Shown: one piece after another, positions 1 to 7,453 of the stretch
Layout of the letters: each line of letters begins with the position of its first letter
Numbering within the stretch: the stretch's first letter is position 1
Assembly (NCBI GenBank): GCA_024704765.1
Contig: JAKMXF010000178.1
Span: 1-8,099, forward strand
DNA: 8,099 nt
From: Oopsacas minuta
Lineage: Eukaryota > Animalia > Porifera
Direction of reading: 5' to 3'
Translations under genes and position numbers: made by a program
The notes under the pieces: generated by a model
Database searches by the model: none
What the model was told of the DNA's origin: nothing
The model's input: only the letters and a program-made list of their open reading frames with translations

Positions 1-20
1 CTATTGATTATAATTGGATC

Positions 21-84
21 CAGAGTTGGAATCGGGATCGGGTTTCTCTGGTCCGGTTCTGAAAAGTGGACCCGATTCCAACTG
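21..84. mobile_element. 64-bp hAT-type micro-MITE
   Basis: Perfect 13-bp inverted repeat AGTTGGAATCGGG (24-36) / CCCGATTCCAACT (71-83). The element starts CAG and ends CTG. It is flanked by 8-bp near-identical direct repeats ATTGGATC (13-20) and ATTGGCTC (85-92), 7/8 identical. An 8-bp TSD is the hAT signature. Confidence 0.7.
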
Positions 85-92
85 ATTGGCTC

Positions 93-189
93 TCCCATAA
101 AGTTAATGTTATTTCTCTGATTTGGGCAAATTCTGACTTCCGGGCACCCTACGGTCCGGCACTACCCGGATAAGAGAGGTTCGAGTGTA
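93..189. mobile_element. One end of a Tc1/mariner (pogo/Tigger-like) non-autonomous element
   Basis: The reverse complement of 166-189 reads TA|CACTCGAACCTCTCTTATCCGG, resembling Tigger/pogo-type CAGTCGAACCTC... termini next to a TA target site. CCGG recurs subterminally (140-170). The partner TIR is not found in the window, and the left boundary is approximate. Confidence 0.5.
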
Positions 190-289
190 CTATATTATTA
201 CAACTTCTTCCTTATCTGAGTCTCTGACAATAGAGTTAACTTCATAAATCTTTTCTTCGCCAACGTTAAATATGGCATCAACACTATTG

Positions 290-950
290 CAGTGGTTCTC
301 AACCTTTTCTGGCCTTCCCCCCATGAAGTTTAATCTCTCTTTTGGCCCTCCACCTTCTCTCCAAATAATTTGAAATTTAGTTTTTTTAATTCAAATTAAC
401 TGTAATTAATGCGAACCTTATAATTGCTTATTAGATTCTAATATTTCAATATCTGGACTATAACTTGATGCTGATATCCTTAAATCTTCTCTGAAGTCAA
501 GTCGCCTGCGGTGTTCTAACCTAAGAAAATTTGCTGAAGGAAATGTTTTCTCACAAAAATATGTTGTTGGAAATGGAAGCAAAAGCAATCTTTCAGCTGT
601 TTTGAAAAGATTTGGTGCTACCCCCTTCACTAAAAACCAGAATTTAGTTTGTTAGCACAAGAATATATAGCTTTTGTCTCCTCATTTTCCTGTAAATATA
701 GCAACTCCTCTACTAGTATGTTGTCTATATCCATCATATCTTTCAGTGACATATCCTTCGAGGTTAGCAGGTATTTAGGGATTGATGGAACGTCCGAAAA
801 GCGATTGGATGCCATATTATTCACATTATTGGAATTCACACATCGATACGTATTCACAATTGAATACATAGTATTTATTGTCATACAAAAGCAATTTATA
901 TTTGTCAGATGCATGCCATCTTTTCGAACCCTTACATTGTAACGCTAACA
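290..950 (-). mobile_element. 3' end of a decayed Buster/Charlie-type hAT transposon
   Basis: TIR CAGTGGTTCTCAACCTTTT at 290-308 lies just downstream of a minus-strand transposase C-terminus. The flanking 8-mer CACTATTG (282-289) fits the Buster nnnTAnnn target preference. No matching 5' end with the same flank was found; the right boundary is approximate. Confidence 0.8.
406..950 (-). pseudogene. Buster-type hAT transposase C-terminal fragment (ZBED5/SCAND3/GTF2IRD2-like dimerisation domain), disrupted
   Basis: The 630-914 ORF (RFSDV...VEELLYLQENEETKAIY) joins by a frameshift near 640-655 to KFWFLVKGVAPNLFKTAERLLLLPFPTTYFCEKTF...RRRLDFREDLRISASSYSPDIEILESNKQL*GSH*. This matches the Buster-type FW...P.L...A...LLPF.TTY.CE..FS...R.RL...DLR...S...P.I..L...KQ...SH* pattern. 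The TAA at 418-420 is a premature stop three codons before the natural stop at 406-408. Confidence 0.85.
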
Positions 951-1111
951 AAGTATTAACAATAATTATATCTGAGTACTAACTTTATCGACGTATAATG
1001 CAAATGGCTTTTTACAAGAGCGAGGAATTGAATACAAAGATGTATAATAAGTACCGATAGCGAGGAGCCTCCTCTGACTAAATTATTTACGCACACCCCA
1101 GGTATAGATGA

Positions 1112-1274
1112 TCGAGTATGCTGAGTCCGAATATGCCATTGTAAACAATATATTGTGAATATTTGTTTACTTTTAGGTTCATAAAATAAACTAATTTCAA
1201 AATTGAGGTAGAATCATACTTTCAACAACTATACTGGGCTACTCGAGTATACTGAGTCTGAATATTGTAAACAA
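1112..1274 (+). repeat. Imperfect direct repeat pair (~33-37 bp)
   Basis: TCGAGTATGCTGAGTCCGAATATGCCATTGTAAACAA (1112-1148) vs TCGAGTATACTGAGTCTGAATATTGTAAACAA (1243-1274): two substitutions plus one short indel. Confidence 0.8.
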
Positions 1275-1843
1275 CATCAATATTATATGTTGTTTGTCCG
1301 TTGAATACCTCGAGGCGCAATGTGCCGAGTTCATCGCGAAGCGACGAGCCAAAGGCTTGTTTAGTAATAAAATGATATATAAGGAGGTGTTTTGTGTGAA
1401 TATTCACATTTAATTAGAGTAATTTCACTTGTGGGTCTGTTGCTTATTATCAAACCGATCTTTATGATTATTAAACACCCAAATTTCGTAAGTACTTCGT
1501 AAATTTTCGTGAAAGAAAGAGAACGATTCCCTCGATCGCCTCCTGATCCTCGAAAAGCATTCGATCCAGATATCTACTTAGGCCATGATTCAGCAAATGA
1601 TTGATCAAAGTTACACAACTTTTAAACTATTAATATACACATATGTTAATATGATGCCAGAAATTTGTTTCTAAGGCTTGTCGCTAGTCAATAGGAGTGC
1701 AGGTCGAGCCTCGGGGTTATTTTAACACCTAATAAACCCTGATTTGTAGTTGTAGTTAATAATTAACAATATTTGAAGTAATACAATACAATATTTAGAT
1801 TGCTTTAAAATTCAAAACAAAGCAAAATATTGCGGTAGAATTA

Positions 1844-2744
1844 GGGTTTGGGCCAGAATAAACTGCAACTAAAGCGGATTATGATTTCTTGTAGCTATAT
1901 TATTGTAGTCTAACATGAAATAAAGTCTGGGGCACAAATCTATGTGGAACTTCAATATTTAGCCACTTAAATGTGTTACTTTTGGAAATATTTTGAGGTT
2001 AATAAATTGCTTATAACTCATTAAGATCAAATCGAAACGAATTTATGTCGATATTCGTAATCAGAGACAGATTTCCCGTCGTTCGAGTGATCACTCGGAA
2101 ATAATGGACATTAATTCAAACTCTTCCCAGTGCATCTCTGTCACAATGTACAGAGTTCCCAGTGAATAGGCTTTAAGTAATCCATCTTCCGAACGAGGTA
2201 AATTTCTATAATTAGCCATGATGTTGGTTATCAATCAATATAAATTAACAAATTTTGATGACGTAAACAAATAAAATTTGGTTGAATACCGTGATTTACA
2301 TCTTAACTATAAATTTTGCAATTATTATAAAATTTCTCACAAAATTTAGTGGGTCATTATGTGTAAACTAGATTCAGCTAGCCTGGCGGCATCGAACGAG
2401 GGATCAATCGATCGGGTTAGGATAAATTTTGAGAATGGAATGTTGCCACATTCCTAGGTTGCTGGGAAAAATATCCCCAATTATAATCAAGTAACCATTT
2501 CAACGACGAGAACTCTTTCACCCGTTACAAATATCGACAGAATAAATCGTTTCGATTTGAAATAGATGAGGTAAAATCATTGTATTACGTATTTTCAAAA
2601 TATGTCCTAAAGAGACACATATAAGTGGCTAAATATTGAAGTTCTACATACATTTGACCCTGGAACTTTCACCTGATAACTACAAGAATATAGCTACAAG
2701 AGAAATGATAATTCGCTTTTATTACAATGTACTAGGTTGACCCC
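1844..2744. mobile_element. ~900-bp foldback / long-TIR non-autonomous element, probably PIF/Harbinger-like (TTA TSD)
   Basis: Inverted arms align over ~250-290 bp: 1887-1901 vs 2687-2701 (15/15), 1941-1976 vs 2615-2650 (34/36) and 2027-2040 vs 2547-2560 (14/14), all on one symmetry axis. The axis projects to termini GGG at 1844 and CCCC ending at 2744, each flanked by TTA (1841-1843, 2745-2747). Confidence 0.75.
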
Positions 2745-2833
2745 TTATTGGGCACTGTTCTATGATTATATACTAGACAACACAATTTTGGTACCTCTCA
2801 ATCGTTAGACGGATTTTTACTATGCCGACTATA

Positions 2834-2994
2834 CAGTAAACATTGGACTTAACGACAAATCGCTTATAACGACTCATTATGCTTGCCCAGAAATCAGCAG
2901 CAGTATATGATATTACATCGGATTTAGCGACAAATCGGATACAACGACCTTTTTAGCCTGCCCAAATGAGTGTCCTTAAATCCAATGTTTACTA
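2834..2994. mobile_element. 161-bp Tc1/mariner (pogo/Tigger-like) MITE
   Basis: 24-bp TIRs: CAGTAAACATTGGACTTAACGACA (2834-2857) vs the reverse complement of 2971-2994 (21/24). TA is present on both sides (2832-2833, 2995-2996). Internal direct repeat GGA(C/T)TTA(A/G)CGACAAATCG..TA(T/C)AACGAC at ~2845-2873 and ~2920-2948. Confidence 0.88.
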
Positions 2995-3186
2995 TACTAT
3001 ACTATAGTAGCCAGCAATGAAATCACTGCTTATATTATTATTAATTTTTCTAGAACAGTAGACAGTGTATAACCAAAACTATTATAGATTAAGAGTATAT
3101 CCAGTCGGGTAGAGACCAAAAGTATCAAGAAATTTAGCTGTTTAATACTTAAGCTAATCCGAGGCACTAAGCTGTCCCGCAGCAAC

Positions 3187-3228
3187 CTAGCAAGCGAAGC
3201 GCGCTAGTCTATCTATAATATTAAATGC
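3187..3228 (+). mobile_element. Possible Helitron 3' end joined to a Helitron-like 5' end
   Basis: A GC-rich hairpin CTAGC-aa-GCG-AAG-CGC-GCTAG (3187-3207) ends in CTAG and is followed directly by TCTATCTATAATATTAAATGC. Helitron1 ends are 5'-TC and hairpin+CTRR-3'. No RepHel coding sequence is seen. Confidence 0.3.
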
Positions 3229-3394
3229 AATTAATCTGTACTAGTACATCATGTTAGATAAGTATTAAAAAGATAAATTCCATAGATTTTTGAGATCTAA
3301 TTTTCTGTCTCAAAATGAATAACTAATAAGATAAATTAACTTAGATTGTTCCTCCATAGGCGGTATAAATAGCTGTAGTTCGCTATTTCAACGT

Positions 3395-3503
3395 ATAACA
3401 TCTAAAATTTTCTTAGGGTCTTGACCCCCAGACCCACTTAGGGATGGCTCGCTACGCTCGCAACTTGACCCCCCCCTAAGATTATATCCTGGATCTGTCC
3501 CTG
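3395..3503 (-). mobile_element. Solo terminus of a hAT-like non-autonomous element
   Basis: The minus strand from 3503 reads CAGGGACAGATCCAGGATATAATCTTAGGGGGGGGTCAAGTTGCGAGCGTAGCGAGCC...GGGTCTGGGGGTCAAGACCCTAAGAAAATTTT. This is a CAGGGGCGGATCCAGG-type end followed by G-runs, typical of invertebrate hAT MITEs. No partner TIR or TSD was found. Confidence 0.5.
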
Positions 3504-3843
3504 ATCACAGTTACCCCTCAATGTGACAAATGTCCTGACGCCATGATTCTAACCAAAAAGGTAACTCATCGTGGGATTATTACGTTATCATGACTCTACA
3601 AAATAATCCAAATTTTGAAAAATTTCAGAATTTCTTAATACCCGAGGCACGAATTTCCGAGACCACTAACCAAAAGTCACACAGCATCTCCAGCGTCACC
3701 ACAGAAGGCCATTCAATGTAATTTAGATAGAGTATGGATAATAAAATCTTAAATTTTACATATTCTGTGAATTCGAGGTACGTAGTACTGACTATATCCC
3801 ATCGCGTAGCGGCCAAAAGCATCAGGAAATAGAATTTATACAG

Positions 3844-3925
3844 CAGTGGTTCTCTAACAGTGGTCCGCGGACTTCATAACTTGGCGAGAGATTGCCCGCA
3901 GATGAAAAAAGATTGAGGACCGCTG
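3844..3925. mobile_element. 82-bp Buster/Charlie-type hAT micro-MITE
   Basis: Left end CAGTGGTTCTCTAACAGTGGTCCGCGGAC (MER5/Charlie-like). The right end AAAAAGATTGAGGACCGCTG has a reverse complement matching the TIR at 290-308 at 16/19. Flanks TTATACAG (3836-3843, nnnTAnnn) and GTATGCAC (3926-3933) match at only 5/8. Confidence 0.7.
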
Positions 3926-3932
3926 GTATGCA

Positions 3933-4679
3933 CAGGCCCCTGGACAGGATTCGTGGGCCCCGTAACAACTTTCAACTCGGGCTCCACATAGGCGTAAAAT
4001 GCATGCAGCGGCAATACCTAATTTCTACATAAAGACAAAATAATGATATTCAAAATGATTGATATTATAAATTGTATGAATATGTATCTAATATGATTTC
4101 TAAAAATTATCTTTAATCTTAAATATTTTATTTTTATTGAATTCTATTTTCTTTGGTAGTTTTACCTAAGTCGCACGTTAAAGAGGCATCCTACGAGCTT
4201 TCTCTGAGGCAAATGTATCAATAACATCGTCAAAGTTGATTTGGTGAGCGAGATCATTTTCAATACTAAGGATGGCCAAGCTGGTAAGTAGTTCTTGGCT
4301 CATGGTCGAACGAAGGTAAATTGACCAATTTGAGTTTACTGAAAGATCGTTCACTCGAGGCAACAGTGACGGAATGTGTTAAAAATTGCGAATAGCGAAG
4401 GAGATATTGGAAATTTGATAAGGTAGAGCATTCAACTAATGAGCTCTGAACATAAGGGAATTTAGATCTTTAACTTTAGATCTCAAAATATCTACATATC
4501 AGACCACAATATAGAGACTTCCCGCATAATTGCCCTCCTTGCCTTTACGAGGCCCTCAAGAGGCTCTAACAAACCCATTTGCTTCCTATTTTTTAGTATA
4601 GTTTGCTACTTATCAGGGCTCATACCGGGCCCAAGCCCGGTAAAACAGTTACCCCTTTTGCCTCCTGTCCAGGACCCTG
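3933..4679 (-). mobile_element. 747-bp internally deleted hAT element (Tip100/ZMYM1-like) retaining both TIRs
   Basis: 17-bp TIRs: CAGGCCCCTGGACAGGA (3933-3949) vs the reverse complement of 4663-4679, CAGGGTCCTGGACAGGA (15/17). TSD-like flanks GGTATGCA (3925-3932) and GGTATCCT (4680-4687), 6/8. GGGCCC/GGGCTC motifs lie near both ends, and the element encloses a transposase C-terminal fragment. Confidence 0.85.
4178..4413 (-). pseudogene. hAT transposase C-terminal dimerisation domain fragment (zinc finger MYM-type 1-like / Tip100 group), frameshifted
   Basis: Joining three frames gives FPNISFAIRNF*HI(P)VTVASSERSFSKLKLV-YLRSTMSQELLTSLAILSIENDLAHQINFDDVIDTFASEKARRMPL*. This matches the P.T.AS.ERSFSKLK.IK.YLRSTM.QERL..LA.LSIE...FA..K.R motif of hAT dimerisation domains. 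It carries at least two frameshifts and one stop. Confidence 0.92.
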
Positions 4680-4999
4680 GGTATCCTCATAGATAATTTA
4701 CGTGTATATAACATTGTGGATTAGGGAGTACATATTTGTTATCTGAAGTACTATCGCCAGTAGGAGGAAATTTGCTGTAACTCATATACAAAAAAACTCG
4801 ATTGTTGTGTGTGTATGTGATGTTGTTTGTCCGTTGTCAAGGTAAGGATATATGGAATGTTGTATTGAATTCGAATTTCTCAATTATGAGATGCCACATA
4901 ACTATGTATTTCAGTGTTATCAAGAATGTAAAGAGAATTCTATATAACTTGAATAAATATATCAAATATGCTGAATCTGATTTTCACACTTTTGAATTA

Positions 5000-5176
5000 A
5001 TCATATGTAAATGCATTGTTGTTTTATTAGTAAACAAATAGTTGAATCTCAAAATGTACGTAGAGACTTGTTCTTACTGGCTTACAATGGGATAACAAAG
5101 TACGCGCTGACATTTTCAAGTTTATCATATGTTAATTTTGTTATTTTTATGGATATAAAGTAAACAAATAGTTGAA
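5000..5176 (+). repeat. Degenerate local duplication (~125-130 bp period)
   Basis: AGTAAACAAATAGTTGAA is identical at 5029-5046 and 5159-5176. ATCATATGT precedes each copy (5000-5008, 5124-5132). Confidence 0.7.
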
Positions 5177-5552
5177 ATATATATTTATTAATTCACTTTG
5201 CAATGTTTATACTGCGCCAAATTCGAGGGACGAAGCAACTTGTAAGAATTAAAATTGATTTGATGACAAAATCAGTGTTAGAATAAGATTTGGTTACCCG
5301 TATACATGTGTGAAGTGTAAAGCTATTTTATTAATGTCATGAATACCTGTATCCCTCTTAATTATATATACTAGCGCTAAAATTGTGGATGTTGATGTGA
5401 TAAAATAGCACTAGATGGTTATTTAGGTGCTTAGAATTGAAATTGTACATTTTTGATCCCTCGCTACGCTCACTCGCAAATAAAATTAGAGAGAACATTA
5501 CTTGAAAACGGAAGGAAATGTGAAAACACTTCTCGCCAAGTTATACCCTGGG

Positions 5553-5942
5553 TAGTGGTGGAACTACACACGGGCCTACCAGGGCCTGTGCCAGGGGAAA
5601 TGAGGATTGTGCCTAGGTACAGGACCTAGTAAATGAAAATAGTCCCTGAGTTGCTAAGATCTGATATAGGTGTAATGCTTATACTAGATTACTGTTAATT
5701 CAATATTTTTAACTAAAATCATACCGTGCCACTTTATGTTAATATTTAGCGTCATTATACGCAATGGTTTAGTTAAATTTTTATTAATCCATATTGTATA
5801 ATAATCTAGGAAGATGTAATTTTGAATGCATGTACTTAGAATGCAATTCAGAGTGTTCTAGCTTCTCGGGGTAAATTGGCCTTCTAACAATAGGGTTATT
5901 GGATGTTGCGTTGTGCCCAGGGAAAAAAAAGTACCGCCACTG
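5553..5942. mobile_element. 390-bp hAT MITE with perfect 8-bp TSD
   Basis: ACCCTGGG is duplicated exactly at 5545-5552 and 5943-5950. Termini are TAGTGGTGGAACT (5553-5565) and the reverse complement of 5930-5942, CAGTGGCGGTACT (10/13). GC-rich GGGCCT/GTGCC(C)AGGG motifs lie near both ends around an AT-rich core. Confidence 0.9.
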
Positions 5943-6178
5943 ACCCTGGGTTCTCAGGAATAATTAATGTTAATATCGTGTATTATTGCAAAAAAGTGAT
6001 CATGAATTTAGGATTAATTACAGATTGCGTAATGGTTTATATATTAACTTAATACATTACGTATCTAAATGAAAGTTTGAGAAATCCTAGAATACATCGA
6101 TTATTGGGATAATACATAACAACTAATACGTCAGCTAAATATGAGCATTGGAATAATCATAAACAATAATACAATCTA

Positions 6179-7453
6179 TCAAAAGAATTGTAGACAAGCA
6201 GTAGTTTTCTCACACACAACAATAATGTGTCCTTTATTATCTAGCGCTACTCCCCATGGATTAGTGAACTCCCCAATACCCTGGCCATATTTCCCAAACT
6301 TGTGTATCTGTTCTCCATCTATATTGAATACATACACACAGTGATTAGAGTAGTCACTCAATATGATGTTATAATCTCTGTCTATGTCGAAAGAAACTGG
6401 ATTCATTGTTTGTTTAGCATCGCCTCTAGTTATTAATCTGTTGATTATATTATGATCAGAATTAAACAAGAACACACAAGGATCGCTCTCATCTAGTACA
6501 ATTATTCTGTCTCGTGTAATCTTAATGTCTCGTGTACGGTGAAAAATGCCTATTCCCAACATGGAATGGAATTTGAGATCTGGAGTTAGAATTTGAACTC
6601 TATTATTACCATACTCGCACACATAGACATTGAGATTTCTGATAGAGACATCTAAACCTTGAGGATATGAGAACTGAACTTCTCCACTCCCGTGACTACC
6701 AACACTCTGGATCAGTATCCCTTCCAGACTGTACACATTTATACAATGGTCAAAGAGTTGTGTTACAAACACTTTATCCTGAAAAATGCAGATACCTCGG
6801 GGTTTGTTCATCTTATTACCAAACATGAAAAGATAGTCTCCTGTATCACAGCGAAATACCTGTACCACATTATTTTCTCTATCCGCTACATAAATGCGTT
6901 CAGATTTGTAATGGATTGCTATCGATTTGGGAGAGTTGAATTCTCCTGGAGCTTTCTGATTAGATATTTTCTTACAGCAATAACTAGTAGGCAGCTGTTT
7001 GATCTTATAGTCCGGTATAACAGGCTTAACTTGAAGAGGGAAGGTTCGTAGGGTAGATAAGTTAGTCTGACCGTTAAGCAGAATATTACCTAACTGTTCT
7101 ATTTCAGTTTCGAATAAGTTGTTCCACTCAAACTCAATCTGAAAATCAGTCTCTGCTGCGAGTTTCGTCAGTTTGCTATCAAGTAGAGAGGTAACTTCTT
7201 CTCGTGTGTCACTCAGTTCATTAGCTTTCAGTTTCTCTATGCTAGAGAATACGATGCTACTTAAGGACTCTGATAATTCAGCCTGTAATTGTGCATTCTG
7301 ATTGTATTCAGATTCTATTCTGTCAATATTGTCTAAGAGAATTTGTTCTCTTGCTGATAATGCCTCACGAGATATCTTGAATCTGTTCTTAATACTTTCT
7401 CGGGTATTGTTTATCTGCTCTAGGAAATCAATTTTCGGATTCTCAAAAGCCAT
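6179..7453 (-). CDS. NHL-repeat (six-bladed beta-propeller) protein with N-terminal coiled coil; TRIM2/3/NHL-1-like but lacking RING and B-box; single ORF
   Basis: Uninterrupted 424-aa ORF, ATG in a good context (GaaATGG), TGA stop. Residues ~10-120 are E/L/K/S-rich and helical with heptad character. Six NHL-type repeats follow: GEFNSPKSIAI..IYVAD..N.VQVF; MNKPRGICI..VFVT; QFSYPQGLDV..VYVCEYGNNRVQIL; FHRTRDIKI..IIVLD; NPVSFDID..IILSDYSNHCVYVF; GEFTNPWGVALD..IIVVC. Confidence 0.93.
   Translation of the reverse strand: MAFENPKIDFLEQINNTRESIKNRFKISREALSAREQILLDNIDRIESEYNQNAQLQAELSESLSSIVFSSIEKLKANELSDTREEVTSLLDSKLTKLAAETDFQIEFEWNNLFETEIEQLGNILLNGQTNLSTLRTFPLQVKPVIPDYKIKQLPTSYCCKKISNQKAPGEFNSPKSIAIHYKSERIYVADRENNVVQVFRCDTGDYLFMFGNKMNKPRGICIFQDKVFVTQLFDHCINVYSLEGILIQSVGSHGSGEVQFSYPQGLDVSIRNLNVYVCEYGNNRVQILTPDLKFHSMLGIGIFHRTRDIKITRDRIIVLDESDPCVFLFNSDHNIINRLITRGDAKQTMNPVSFDIDRDYNIILSDYSNHCVYVFNIDGEQIHKFGKYGQGIGEFTNPWGVALDNKGHIIVVCEKTTACLQFF

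Noticed and set aside
649-942. 97-aa plus-strand ORF starting at TTA/TTG-type codon
   Set aside because: Antisense shadow of the Buster transposase remnant.
975-1047. Short frame LSTYNANGFLQERGIEYKDV resembling the start of a LINE AP-endonuclease (TxNxNG)
   Set aside because: Only ~23 codons bounded by stops and no further endonuclease motifs.
1222-1407. 61-aa minus ORF
   Set aside because: Short, no recognisable domain, lies in repeat-derived DNA.
3625-3822. 65-aa minus ORF containing TRW and DFW, faintly hAT-like
   Set aside because: Isolated tripeptides with wrong spacing and no supporting motif; cannot be called a transposase without a search.
4802-5041. 79-aa plus ORF
   Set aside because: Non-ATG start, AT-rich low-information composition, overlaps a local duplication.
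2834-5176. Short direct repeats considered as a CRISPR array
   Set aside because: Only pairs, imperfect, irregularly spaced, no cas genes; explained by TE structure and local duplication.
3876-5544. 14-bp inverted match ATAACTTGGCGAGA (3876-3889) / TCTCGCCAAGTTAT (5531-5544)
   Set aside because: Flanks do not extend; about one 14-mer match is expected by chance in an 8-kb two-strand self-comparison.
6141-6344. 67-aa plus-strand ORF
   Set aside because: Antisense overlap with the NHL 3' end; no motif.
6692-7051. 119-aa plus-strand ORF
   Set aside because: Fully antisense to the NHL CDS with no recognisable motif; a shadow ORF.
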